This document shows positions 1 to 9,267 of a stretch of DNA of 64,000 nt, in pieces. Under the pieces are notes generated by a model that did no database searches, was not told where the DNA came from, and saw nothing but the letters and a program-made list of their open reading frames with translations. The DNA comes from an uncultured SAR86 cluster bacterium (GTDB taxonomy: Bacteria > Pseudomonadota > Gammaproteobacteria > Magnimaribacterales > D2472). Each line of letters starts with the position of its first letter. The stretch's first letter is position 1. The DNA is taken from positions 41,102-105,101 of the forward strand of contig CABXNE010000001.1 of NCBI GenBank assembly GCA_902513515.1, read 5' to 3'. Made by a program: the position numbers and the translations under genes.

Positions 1-69
1 CCAAAATTCAACCAATTACAGATTTTGATTTGGGTGTCATTCAACCCCAAAGTAATAGGGTGAAATAAT

Positions 70-1311
70 ATGAAGCAATTTTTAATAACTTTATTCGCAG
101 TTCTTACGGTTCAAATTTCAGCAGAAACAGTTTTACTTAAAGGCGGTCTGGTTCATTCGGGAAATGGAGAGACTTCAGTTGTTCAAGATATTTTAATATC
201 TGAAAATACAATCGTTGGTGTTGGCAATAATCTAATAATTAATGGGAAAACTAGGGTCATTGAAGTCAATGGCTTACCGGTTACACCTGGGCTTATTTCA
301 CCCATGAGTAATATAGGCATTGTTGAGATAAATGCCCTGGATGTTACAAGGGATGATGAATCTGATATTTTGAGTGCAGGCTTTAGTATATTTAACGCAT
401 TTAACCCTCATTCAACTGGAATTCCCTGGAATAGAAGTAATGGAGTAACTAGTGCGATAAGTACCCCAAGCGCATCTTCATTTCCAATTTTTGGCCTTGG
501 TTCGCATTTCGTTTTGGATGGAAGTCTTGAAATTAAGGGGGCCAAAGATATAGCTATGTTTGGAAGGTTCGGTGCCTCCTATGGATCTCGTGCTGAAACT
601 TTATCACTTCTTGAATCTTTATTAGAAATAGGAAAAATGGCAAAAAGCATGCCAGTTGAAGAAATTCTGGAAATGGCTATTGCTGATAAGTTAGAGCTTC
701 AATCTCAAGATATTGTTGCATTAGGCAAAGTGGTTAATGATGATATGCCGATTGTAATAGAAACAAATAGAGCAGTTGATATTTTGCAAGCATTAGCTAT
801 GAAGCAAAAATATGGCTTGAATTTGGTCTTAGCTAGCGTGGAAGAGGCCCCAATGGTTTTAGAGAAACTTAAAGAGAGTAATACTCCAGTAATCATAGAT
901 CCCATGGACAATATACCTGATTCATTCGATGAGCTCGGGTCAAGTTTGGATCTTGGAAAGATACTTGATCAAGCAGGGATACCAATTATGTTCAGCACTC
1001 AAAGAAGCCACAATTATCATCTTATGAGACAGGGATCAGGAAATGCAGTTGCTCATGGAATGTCTTATGAAACCGCAATCAAAGGAATGACAAAGACAGT
1101 AGCGCAAACATTTAAACTAGATAACAGAGGATCAATTGAGCCTGGAAAATTAGCAGACGTTATTGTTTGGGACGGAGACCCATTAGAGCCAGCTTCTTTC
1201 CCAAAAATTGTAATGATAGAAGGTCAATTGCAAGATTTAAGCTCACGATCTTCTAAATTAACTGAAAGGTATACCAATAAAGAAGATAAACCCTCTTCAT
1301 ATAAACATTAA
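70..1311 (+). CDS. Secreted amidohydrolase-fold protein with degenerate metal-binding motif
   Basis: 413-aa ORF. N-terminal signal peptide MKQFLITLFAVLTVQISA. C-terminal amidohydrolase signature GSIEPGKLADVIVWDGDPLE. The expected PG-ID-x-H-x-H strand-1 motif reads PGLISPMSN. Confidence 0.65.
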   Translation: MKQFLITLFAVLTVQISAETVLLKGGLVHSGNGETSVVQDILISENTIVGVGNNLIINGKTRVIEVNGLPVTPGLISPMSNIGIVEINALDVTRDDESDILSAGFSIFNAFNPHSTGIPWNRSNGVTSAISTPSASSFPIFGLGSHFVLDGSLEIKGAKDIAMFGRFGASYGSRAETLSLLESLLEIGKMAKSMPVEEILEMAIADKLELQSQDIVALGKVVNDDMPIVIETNRAVDILQALAMKQKYGLNLVLASVEEAPMVLEKLKESNTPVIIDPMDNIPDSFDELGSSLDLGKILDQAGIPIMFSTQRSHNYHLMRQGSGNAVAHGMSYETAIKGMTKTVAQTFKLDNRGSIEPGKLADVIVWDGDPLEPASFPKIVMIEGQLQDLSSRSSKLTERYTNKEDKPSSYKH

Positions 1312-1317
1312 GTCAAA

Positions 1318-1761
1318 TTAACTTAAGAGTTCTTTTACAAGCTTGCTGACAACTGACATATCAGCCTTGCCCTCAAATTGAGATTTAAGATGGCCCATTA
1401 GTTTGCCCATATCTTGCATCCCCTCAGCTGAGACTGCTGCAATTCCTTCTTGGATCAGCGAATGGATTTCTTCTTCTGATAATTGCTTGGGTAAATACTT
1501 TAGGATTACCTCTAGTTGGCTTTGTTCGGTAGCAACAAGGTCATCACGACCCCCATTTTTAAATTGCTCTATTGAGTCCCTTCGTTGTTTTACATTCTTG
1601 TTTATTAAATTAGAAATTTTGGCATCATCAGCCTCAACCCTTTCATCAATTTCAAATTTTTTAATGTCTGAGATTAACATGCGTAGAGTATCACGCGTGA
1701 CAATGTCCTTGCTTAGCATGGCTGTCTTTAGATCTTGATTGATTGTGTCTAAGAGAGACAA
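1318..1761 (-). CDS. GatB/YqeY domain-containing protein
   Basis: 147-aa ORF starting 1 nt after the rpsU stop on the same strand. Helical YqeY-type sequence (LKTAMLSKD, RDTLRMLISDIK, KQRRDSIEQF). The rpsU-yqeY pairing is widely conserved. Confidence 0.8.
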   Translation of the reverse strand: MSLLDTINQDLKTAMLSKDIVTRDTLRMLISDIKKFEIDERVEADDAKISNLINKNVKQRRDSIEQFKNGGRDDLVATEQSQLEVILKYLPKQLSEEEIHSLIQEGIAAVSAEGMQDMGKLMGHLKSQFEGKADMSVVSKLVKELLS

Positions 1762-1762
1762 A

Positions 1763-1981
1763 TTAGCGATAGGATCTTTGCCTTGAGAAGCTATATTTTC
1801 TATTGGTCTTATGAGCTCGCTTGATTGCAGCTGCCATTTTTCTCTTTCTTACGGCTGTTGGTTTTTCATAAAATTCTCTAGCGCGAATCTCTGGAACGAT
1901 CGCAGCTTTTTCACAAGCACGCTTAAATTTTCTTAGACCAACGTCAAAGTATTCTGTATCTTTTATTATTATAGAAGGCAT
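1763..1981 (-). CDS. rpsU: 30S ribosomal protein S21
   Basis: 72-aa [39 protein letters not shown] closely parallels E. coli S21. Divergent from tsaD as in Pseudomonas. Confidence 0.95.
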   Translation of the reverse strand: MPSIIIKDTEYFDVGLRKFKRACEKAAIVPEIRAREFYEKPTAVRKRKMAAAIKRAHKTNRKYSFSRQRSYR

Positions 1982-2031
1982 AATTGCTGGGTAGTTTATT
2001 CTTTTTATGAAGTGAATGCAAAAACTTTTTT

Positions 2032-3030
2032 ATGATTACTTTAGGTATTGAAACATCATGCGACGAAACTGCCGTAGCACTTTATGATTCGAACAAAGGG
2101 TTGATTGGCGAGGCAGTTTTTTCTCAGATAGAACTTCACGGAGAGTATGGCGGCGTTATACCAGAACTTGCTTCTAGGGATCATTGCCAAAAAATTACTC
2201 ATATTTATAAGAAAGCTTTAGGGAATATCCTTCCAAGCAACATTGATCAAATAGCTTACACAGCAGGCCCTGGATTATTAGGAACATTGTTAATAGGTGA
2301 AAATTTTGCTCAAGGATTAGCACTTGCTCTAAGTAAACCATTAATACCAGTAAATCATCTTGAGGGTCACTTGATGGCTCCCTTTTTGAGTGGAGAGAAA
2401 TTAGATTTTCCATTCTTGACACTGCTTGTGTCTGGAGGGCATTCACTCATTATTGATGTAAAGGGTTTAAATGATTATGAGATTCTAGGTCAGTCAAGGG
2501 ATGATGCCGTCGGAGAAGCCTTTGATAAAGTGGCTAAGCTTATTGGTCTAGGCTATCCGGGTGGCCCCGAGATAGAAAAGATGGCCCAGCAGGGTGATCC
2601 TAATAAATTTAAATTTCCTCAGCCAATGCTGCACAGTGATGACTATGATTTTAGTTTTAGTGGTTTAAAGACCTCAGTACTATACGCAGTTCAAGATATA
2701 GATAAGATAACCGAGGAAGTTCAGGCAGATATTTGCGCTTCTTTTCAACACGCAGCCACAGAGGTGCTAGTCAAAAAGATATCTAAAGCTCTAACGGATA
2801 CCGGTAGAGAGGGAATTATTTTGGCTGGAGGAGTGGCAGCAAACAAATTGCTGAGAGAAAAAATTTCTACTCTCCAGGAAGCATTAAATATTAAAGTTTT
2901 ATATCCACCAATTGCGCATTGCACAGATAATGCTGCAATGATTGCATACCTAGGAAGCCTAAAAACACATGAAGCAACACATCAGCTAGGTTCGCACGCC
3001 CGACCACGCTGGCCTTTGGGGATGCAATAG
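2032..3030 (+). CDS. tsaD: tRNA N6-adenosine threonylcarbamoyltransferase TsaD
   Basis: 332 aa. ITLGIETSCDETAVALYD N-terminus, HLEGH metal motif and GGVAAN motif of the Kae1/TsaD family. Confidence 0.95.
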   Translation: MITLGIETSCDETAVALYDSNKGLIGEAVFSQIELHGEYGGVIPELASRDHCQKITHIYKKALGNILPSNIDQIAYTAGPGLLGTLLIGENFAQGLALALSKPLIPVNHLEGHLMAPFLSGEKLDFPFLTLLVSGGHSLIIDVKGLNDYEILGQSRDDAVGEAFDKVAKLIGLGYPGGPEIEKMAQQGDPNKFKFPQPMLHSDDYDFSFSGLKTSVLYAVQDIDKITEEVQADICASFQHAATEVLVKKISKALTDTGREGIILAGGVAANKLLREKISTLQEALNIKVLYPPIAHCTDNAAMIAYLGSLKTHEATHQLGSHARPRWPLGMQ

Positions 3031-3031
3031 A

Positions 3032-3379
3032 ATGCAAGATATCATTTATATTAAAGATCTAAGAGTTCAAACCATCATAGGAATATTTGGATGGGAGCGA
3101 GAGGTCCGACAAGAAGTAAGTATTGATCTAGAGATGGCGTTTGATTGCAAGAGAGCTGCAAAAACAGATGCCATTGAAGATACCATTGATTATAAAAAAA
3201 TCACCAAAGGAATCATTAAGTTTGTTGAGGAATCTGAATTCCAACTGCAAGAAACTTTGGCGGAAGGCATTGCCGCACTTGTAAAGAATGAATACAAAGT
3301 TAATTCACTTAAATTAAGAGTCTCTAAGCCAGGTGCATTAAGGCATGCCGAGGATGTTGGAGTTATTATTCATAGATAA
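3032..3379 (+). CDS. folB: Dihydroneopterin aldolase
   Basis: 115 aa. IYIKDLRVQTIIGIFGWEREVRQ is a typical FolB N-terminus. Tightly packed between tsaD and folK. Confidence 0.85.
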   Translation: MQDIIYIKDLRVQTIIGIFGWEREVRQEVSIDLEMAFDCKRAAKTDAIEDTIDYKKITKGIIKFVEESEFQLQETLAEGIAALVKNEYKVNSLKLRVSKPGALRHAEDVGVIIHR

Positions 3380-3756
3380 TGAAGTACTATCTTTCGCTTG
3401 GAAGTAATATTAATCCAGAATCAAACCTTGAGTTGGCTATTTCTGCGCTCAATAAAATTCTTACCGAAACAGAGCGCTCTTCAATATACAAAACTCATGC
3501 AGAGGGTTTTGATGGAGATGATTTCTTAAATCTTATTTTTTCAGGAGTATCTTCCCTTACTTTTGACGATCTTAATAAAAAGCTAAAAGATATAGAAGAT
3601 AGCTCTGGCAGAGATAGAAATGCTCAAAAATTCTCATCGAGAACACTTGATATAGATATTGTATTGCAGCTAAACGATGATGAGGAGATACTTTTTGAGA
3701 GTGATGAGGTGGCTAAATATCGTTTTGTATCTGAGCCCCTAGAAGAGTTGCTGTAA
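3379..3756 (+). CDS. folK: 2-amino-4-hydroxy-6-hydroxymethyldihydropteridine pyrophosphokinase (compact, 125 aa)
   Basis: HPPK motifs LGSNI, SSIYKT, RTLDIDIV and YRFVSEPL. The start overlaps the folB stop. Shorter than E. coli FolK at the C-terminus. Confidence 0.75.
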   Translation: MKYYLSLGSNINPESNLELAISALNKILTETERSSIYKTHAEGFDGDDFLNLIFSGVSSLTFDDLNKKLKDIEDSSGRDRNAQKFSSRTLDIDIVLQLNDDEEILFESDEVAKYRFVSEPLEELL

Positions 3757-3757
3757 T

Positions 3758-4813
3758 TTATTTGTAGTTTTTTTCAACTAAATCCCAAGCAGCATCAGCT
3801 AGAGGAACGACTTGATCTCCACGATCTTCAGCATGTTTGCTTGCAGCTGTTCCATCTCTTACTCTCCCCATGATTCCCTGCAAAATTCCAGCAAGTTTAA
3901 AGAAATTAAAAATTGTATAAAACTCCCAATGTTCATCAAGATTTTTACCAGTAATTTTAGAGTACATATTTCGGTATTTTTTTTCAGTTGGAATACCATT
4001 TTCTTTACAGAATTTTTCATCAGCTAGCTCTGGAATATTTCTCCAGCCCATGCAATGATAATTAAAATCTGCAATTGGATGTCCAAGGGTTGAAAGTTCC
4101 CAATCTAGGACACCCATAACATTATTGCTTGTATTGAAAACCATGTTATCAAGTCGATAATCCCCATGCACGATTGAGGTCTCATCCTCATCAGGAATAT
4201 TTTGTGGAAGCCAATCTATAAGGTTGTTCATAGCAGGAATATTTTGAGTTTCAGAGGCTAAATATTGTTTAGTCCATCTTGAGACCTGTCTGGCAATATA
4301 GTTTCCAGGCTTGCCATAATCGGATAGCCCCACTGACTCATAATCAACCATATGAAGATGCGCAATTACATTATTTTTGCTTGCATAAATCTCCATTCTT
4401 TCTGCTGGAGATTTATTATCTAGTAACAGATCCCAATAAATATTTCCATCAAGAAAATCCATCACAAAAAAAGGAGTTCCTATCACTTCTTCATCTTCAC
4501 AAAGACCATAAGTCACTGGAACTGGAACTTTTGTTTCTTGCAGAGCTGTCATGACTTTATATTCTCTATCTACCGCATGGGCTGAAGGCAGAAGTTTGCC
4601 TGGTGGTTTTCTTCTTAGAACAAGGTTTTTAGATTCAGTAACAATCTTATAAGTTGGATTGGATTGACCGCCTTTGAATTGCTCTATAGTTTTTATTTTA
4701 CCTGCACCAGGAACATACTCATCAATCCAAGCCTGCAATTTTAAAGAATCAAACTTTAGCTTTTCATCGACTGCCTTTGTGCCAGAGAAGATATCACCAT
4801 CAACAGTTTTCAT
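3758..4813 (-). CDS. Phosphotransferase (APH-fold kinase), ACAD10/ACAD11 N-terminal-domain type
   Basis: 351 aa. FKGGQSNPTY, LRRKPPGKLLPSAHAVDREY, IVHGDYRLDNMVF and VLDWELSTLGHP align well with my memory of the kinase domain of ACAD10/11-type proteins. Confidence 0.8.
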   Translation of the reverse strand: MKTVDGDIFSGTKAVDEKLKFDSLKLQAWIDEYVPGAGKIKTIEQFKGGQSNPTYKIVTESKNLVLRRKPPGKLLPSAHAVDREYKVMTALQETKVPVPVTYGLCEDEEVIGTPFFVMDFLDGNIYWDLLLDNKSPAERMEIYASKNNVIAHLHMVDYESVGLSDYGKPGNYIARQVSRWTKQYLASETQNIPAMNNLIDWLPQNIPDEDETSIVHGDYRLDNMVFNTSNNVMGVLDWELSTLGHPIADFNYHCMGWRNIPELADEKFCKENGIPTEKKYRNMYSKITGKNLDEHWEFYTIFNFFKLAGILQGIMGRVRDGTAASKHAEDRGDQVVPLADAAWDLVEKNYK

Positions 4814-5535
4814 GATAAAGATCTGCCCCCATCAACTTTAATGATTTGACCAGTAATATAATCTGAATGAGCAAGAAAATAAACGGTTTCCGCAATATCT
4901 TTTTCAGTACCCATTCTTTTCAAAGGAATAGATTCAATTACTTTATTTCTTTGCTCCTCGGTCCAGGTAACATCTGGTGGCTCTAACATAGCCCCCGGTG
5001 AAATTGCATTCACTTTGATTTCAGGAGCAAGCTCTTTGGCTAAACCTTTTGTTATTGATTCAAGACCTGCTTTAGCAGCTGAATATATTGAATAATTAGC
5101 AATTCCTTTTGTAAGATTAGTATCTGTAATATTGATGATTGAACCTTTTGATGCTTGCAATTTTTCTTTGAGGCCCTGGATTAGAAATAAAGGACCTTTT
5201 AAGTTACTTCCAATTAATTTATCCCAATGATCGTTGGAAATATCCTCTATAGGAGTGGGATAAAAGGTCGAGGCATTATTTACTAATAGATCTATTGTTT
5301 CAGAGATGCTATTAACTGAGGAGACAATCGATTGCACATCATCAGATTTATCTAAATCACCTTTAACTACAAACGCACTATCTCCATTATTAGCATTAAT
5401 CGACTCAGCAAGAGCCTCAGCATCCGACGCTGATTTGTTGTAATGGATGATGATTCTCCAATTATCTTGAGCAAAGAGCTCAATAATTGCTTTGCCTATT
5501 CTTTTAGCGCCGCCAGTTACAAATATTGTTTTCAT
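4810..5535 (-). CDS. Short-chain dehydrogenase/reductase, pteridine reductase (FolM/PTR1)-like
   Basis: 241 aa. TGGAKRIGKAI Rossmann motif, NNAS, YSAAKAG (Y-x3-K). Its stop overlaps the start of the downstream kinase gene by 4 nt. Confidence 0.7.
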   Translation of the reverse strand: MKTIFVTGGAKRIGKAIIELFAQDNWRIIIHYNKSASDAEALAESINANNGDSAFVVKGDLDKSDDVQSIVSSVNSISETIDLLVNNASTFYPTPIEDISNDHWDKLIGSNLKGPLFLIQGLKEKLQASKGSIINITDTNLTKGIANYSIYSAAKAGLESITKGLAKELAPEIKVNAISPGAMLEPPDVTWTEEQRNKVIESIPLKRMGTEKDIAETVYFLAHSDYITGQIIKVDGGRSLS

Positions 5536-5543
5536 AATTTATT

Positions 5544-6713
5544 TTAATTTAAGTCTTTCTTTATTTCTTCTTCAATAAATTTAATTTTTCTTTTTTTTAG
5601 AATTTCTTGTATTTGAGAGCCATCTAATTTTTTCTCTTCTTCATTTGGAAGAATTTCAGAGTACTTTTGGATGAAATCTTTCCAATTTTCAATATCACTT
5701 CCAATAATATTATGAGCAGCTAAGAAACAAATTGAAGTAGCGAGTGATGAATCTTTGGATGGTTGTATCCTCTCTAAGCATTGAAATAAATTATTAACTT
5801 TATCTTCAAAGTCAAGTTCAGAATATTTTTTGAAATAATTTTCTCTAAAATCATAAACCAATTCCGACATTCTCTTATAACTTTTAGGTACTTTTAATCT
5901 CTCATTGAGCTGATTAAGTAGGGATCTTTCTCTGAGGTGTAACCCAATGATTGCCCACCAACTCTCCGGCATCATCAGTCCTGGATTTAATCTTATATCT
6001 GTATATCGGCCCCAAAAAGAATAATTTCTTGCATTAAATCTGTGTTTGAAGACTGCATCGATACTTTCAAATTCAAAATAATGATAGAAAATTTTCCTTT
6101 TCCCTAAGGGGTAGCCTAATAAATAATAAAGCTTATCAAAATAGGGAATAGGATGTTCAAGCTGAAGCACTTTTTCAGTTTCTTGCCAAATTCTCTCGCC
6201 TGGAAGATGCTTTAAACTTTGTGAAAGATCGCTCAATAAAATCCAGGTAGATGGATCAATTTCAAAATTAAATTGATAAAGTTTTGCATAAAATCTAGCC
6301 ACTCTTAAGACTCTTAAAGGATCTTCGATGAAAGCATCTGAAACGTGCCTAATTATTCTATTTTCTAAATCTTCTTTACCATTAAATGGATCAATTAGAT
6401 TGCCCGCATCATCCATTGCAATTGCATTAATCGTAATGTCTCTTCTGCTTAAATCTTCTTCAAGAGTTACATTTGGGCTATAACTAAAGTTGAATGCCGT
6501 ATGACCTGGTCCTGTGCTTCTCTCTTTCCTTGCCAGAGCATATTCTTCTTTAGTATCAGGATGAAGAAAAACTGGAAAATCTTTTCCAACTTGTTTATAA
6601 CCCATTGAAAGCATTTGTTTAGGAGTGCTGCCAACTACCACCCAGTCATTATCAATGGGTTCAAGTCCGAGCAATTCGTCTCTTACAGCGCCACCAACTT
6701 TGTAAATCCTCAT
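5544..6713 (-). CDS. cca: CCA-adding tRNA nucleotidyltransferase (C-terminal HD motif not detectable)
   Basis: 389 aa. The N-terminal half ([64 protein letters not shown]) is near-colinear with E. coli Cca. No H..HD..GK motif in the C-terminal half. Confidence 0.85.
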   Translation of the reverse strand: MRIYKVGGAVRDELLGLEPIDNDWVVVGSTPKQMLSMGYKQVGKDFPVFLHPDTKEEYALARKERSTGPGHTAFNFSYSPNVTLEEDLSRRDITINAIAMDDAGNLIDPFNGKEDLENRIIRHVSDAFIEDPLRVLRVARFYAKLYQFNFEIDPSTWILLSDLSQSLKHLPGERIWQETEKVLQLEHPIPYFDKLYYLLGYPLGKRKIFYHYFEFESIDAVFKHRFNARNYSFWGRYTDIRLNPGLMMPESWWAIIGLHLRERSLLNQLNERLKVPKSYKRMSELVYDFRENYFKKYSELDFEDKVNNLFQCLERIQPSKDSSLATSICFLAAHNIIGSDIENWKDFIQKYSEILPNEEEKKLDGSQIQEILKKRKIKFIEEEIKKDLN

Positions 6714-7516
6714 TTATTTTTAATTTGAAAAAATTTTTTATCTTCTAATCTTATTGCGGTTAGTATATTTCCCCAAACACACCCAGTATCTAAACCAATA
6801 AAGTGAGGGTTATTGGTTTGACCATTTAAAGATGCCCAATGGCCAAATACATAATATTGGTTCATTTTTTGGTAGGATTCTGAATCATAGTCAAACCAGG
6901 GTTTGAAACCCTCTGTGGCTTTTGTACTTGTATTTTTTAAGTCTAGACTTGCAGCATTGCCTAGAAATCTCATTCTAGTTAAGTAGTTAATAATAATTCG
7001 ATACCTATCATTGCCTTCTAATGATTCATTCCAAGTATTTGGGTCATCCCCCCACATGGATCGGAGTATTTTAGATGCATTTTCAATTAGTGCCGTTGAA
7101 ACTTCCTCTGCCAGTTCCTGTGCTTTTTCTATAGACCAAATTTCAGGAATACCTGCATGTGTAATAATAAATTTATTTTGATTAGATTGATCAGAAATTT
7201 GAATGAGCAGAGGGCGTGTGATGAGCCATTCAAAAATTTGCATATTATTTTCGGCTTCAACCACTGTTTTTAGCTCTCTTTTGCCTTGATTAATATCCAT
7301 CAAGTAAAGCAAATAGAGATCATGATTGCCTAATACAGAGGTAATATTTTTATCTCCCATGCAGTAATTCAAAACAGCAAGAGATTCTGGGCCCCTATTC
7401 ACTAAATCCCCAGTTAGGATAATTTTGTCTTCTTGGCTGTTGTAATTAATTTTATCTAATAAGCTAATAAACTGTTCAAAGCAGCCGTGCACATCCCCAA
7501 TTACATATGTACTCAT
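6710..7516 (-). CDS. apaH: Bis(5'-nucleosyl)-tetraphosphatase, symmetrical
   Basis: 268 aa. [20 protein letters not shown] and LGNHDL metallophosphatase motifs. Conserved position downstream of rsmA-pdxA-surA. Confidence 0.9.
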   Translation of the reverse strand: MSTYVIGDVHGCFEQFISLLDKINYNSQEDKIILTGDLVNRGPESLAVLNYCMGDKNITSVLGNHDLYLLYLMDINQGKRELKTVVEAENNMQIFEWLITRPLLIQISDQSNQNKFIITHAGIPEIWSIEKAQELAEEVSTALIENASKILRSMWGDDPNTWNESLEGNDRYRIIINYLTRMRFLGNAASLDLKNTSTKATEGFKPWFDYDSESYQKMNQYYVFGHWASLNGQTNNPHFIGLDTGCVWGNILTAIRLEDKKFFQIKNK

Positions 7517-8284
7517 CTATAAATCTATGGTTTGAAAAACTGAAATAAAATCCTCGATAGATAATTCTTCTGCTCTTGCAAGCGGATTAATATTTAGCTT
7601 TTCAAAATCGATTTCTAATTTTTTAAGATTATTTTTAATTCCCTTTCTTTTATTGGCAAAAGATTGGTCAACTAAATTTGAAAACTCTGAGTATTTATTT
7701 AAAGCTATCATGGGATTTACTCTTGGGATGAGTCTGATAAATGAAGATTGAACTTTAGGTTTAATATCAAAGGATTCAGGGGGAACATCAAATAAAATAG
7801 CCGTTTGAAATAATGCTGCAATTTTAACCCCAAGTCTACCCCAATCACCTGATTGGTTTGAAGCGCAAATTCTATGAGCAACTTCTTTCTGCACTAAAAA
7901 ATGCATATCCTCAATCCCATCAAAATAATCAATTAATTTAAGAATTATTTGTGTAGAAATATTGTAAGGAAGGTTCCCAACAACCCTGTGCTTAGTTTTG
8001 CTCAGAAAGTCTAGAGACTCTTTTAAGACATCCCCATGAATGAATTCGTGGGTATCTTCTGAGAATCTCTTTGAGAGAATCATTATATTCTGATTATCAA
8101 GATCTATAGCTGTCAGTTTTATACCTTTGCCCACCAAGTGACTGGTTAATGCTCCAGTTCCAGGGCCAATTTCAAAAAAAAGATTATTGTTCTGAGGGTT
8201 TATTGCTCTCTCAATTTCAAACAAAATAACCGGATCAATGAGGTAGTTTTGACCTAATTTTCTTCGATGCGCTCTATCATTCAT
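7517..8284 (-). CDS. rsmA: 16S rRNA (adenine1518/1519-N6)-dimethyltransferase
   Basis: 255 aa. LGQNYLIDP, EIGPGTGALT and NLPYNIST motifs of KsgA/RsmA. Confidence 0.9.
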   Translation of the reverse strand: MNDRAHRRKLGQNYLIDPVILFEIERAINPQNNNLFFEIGPGTGALTSHLVGKGIKLTAIDLDNQNIMILSKRFSEDTHEFIHGDVLKESLDFLSKTKHRVVGNLPYNISTQIILKLIDYFDGIEDMHFLVQKEVAHRICASNQSGDWGRLGVKIAALFQTAILFDVPPESFDIKPKVQSSFIRLIPRVNPMIALNKYSEFSNLVDQSFANKRKGIKNNLKKLEIDFEKLNINPLARAEELSIEDFISVFQTIDL

Positions 8285-9267
8285 TTAAGCTGAATTTTTG
8301 CTGCTGTAATTGCTTCTTTTATTGATCCAAGGTTTGGCTTAGTCTTTCCAGCAATATCTAATGCCGTCCCATGATCCACAGATGTTCTTACAATTGGGGT
8401 GCCTAGAGTTATATTTACTGCTTCGCCAAAACTTAAGACCTTTAAGACTGGAAGGACCTGATCATGATACATGCCAAGGTATGCATCAGTTTGCTTGAAT
8501 TCAGCACCATTGAAAGCTGTATCAGCAGAAATTGCATATGAAGCATTTATACCCATATCTCTGCAAATTTGCACTGCTGGATTAATTTTCTTAATCTCTT
8601 CTTCACCTATCTTTCCATTTTCACCAGCGTGAGGATTTAATCCAAGTACCGTAATTGATGGATGTTTAATTTTAAAATTTGTTTTTAAGCTCGCATGCAA
8701 GATTTGAATTATTTTAACCAATTTTAATTTATGAATATTTTTTGCAACTTCTATCAATGGAATATGTGTTGTAGCAAGAGCAACTTTAATTTTTTTTGAA
8801 GACAAAAGCATGACAACGTTTTTAGATTTGGTTTTCTTTTTGATCCATTCGGTATGACCTTGAAAAGTTTTAAAGCCGCCATTAATAATATTACTTTTTT
8901 GAATGGGTCCAGTAACCAAGCCAACTTTTTTACTTTTTAGGCTCTCTGCAATTCCGAAATTTAGATTATCCAATACATATTTTGCATTTTTAGGATTCAG
9001 AGTTCCTGGTGATAAATCTTTGCATTTTGCAATTTGAATAAACTGGACTGTGGCAAGTTTATTTTTTTTTGCTTCATTTAAGTTTTGAATTTCAATAAAA
9101 TTAATATTCAAGTTTAGAATCTTAGATCTTGATTCTAGAAGGGCTTTATCAACAATGCAGATCAAAGGAGATTGCATTTGCCACCAAAATTTTGATTTTG
9201 AAAGATATAGAATTAAGTCAATTCCTATTCCTGCTGGTTCACCATGAGAGTATAGAAGTCGCTTCAA
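8281..9267 (-). CDS. pdxA: 4-hydroxythreonine-4-phosphate dehydrogenase
   Basis: 328 aa. GEPAGIGIDL, LNPHAGENG and SVDHGTALDIAGK motifs. Overlaps surA and rsmA by 4 nt each. Confidence 0.9.
   Translation of the reverse strand: MKRLLYSHGEPAGIGIDLILYLSKSKFWWQMQSPLICIVDKALLESRSKILNLNINFIEIQNLNEAKKNKLATVQFIQIAKCKDLSPGTLNPKNAKYVLDNLNFGIAESLKSKKVGLVTGPIQKSNIINGGFKTFQGHTEWIKKKTKSKNVVMLLSSKKIKVALATTHIPLIEVAKNIHKLKLVKIIQILHASLKTNFKIKHPSITVLGLNPHAGENGKIGEEEIKKINPAVQICRDMGINASYAISADTAFNGAEFKQTDAYLGMYHDQVLPVLKVLSFGEAVNITLGTPIVRTSVDHGTALDIAGKTKPNLGSIKEAITAAKIQLK

Noticed and set aside
705-911. Short ORFs from the six-frame track nested in or antisense to well-supported genes. Examples: 705-911, 1403-1738, 2195-2446, 3812-4027, 4279-4554, 13596-13814, 14094-14483, 30007-30259, 41161-41625, 49082-50295, 54513-54922 and similar.
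   Set aside because: Each lies wholly inside a gene with strong family motifs. Their translations are low-complexity or Ser/Leu/Phe-rich, as expected for off-frame reads of AT-rich coding DNA, and none has a recognisable motif or ribosome-binding site.
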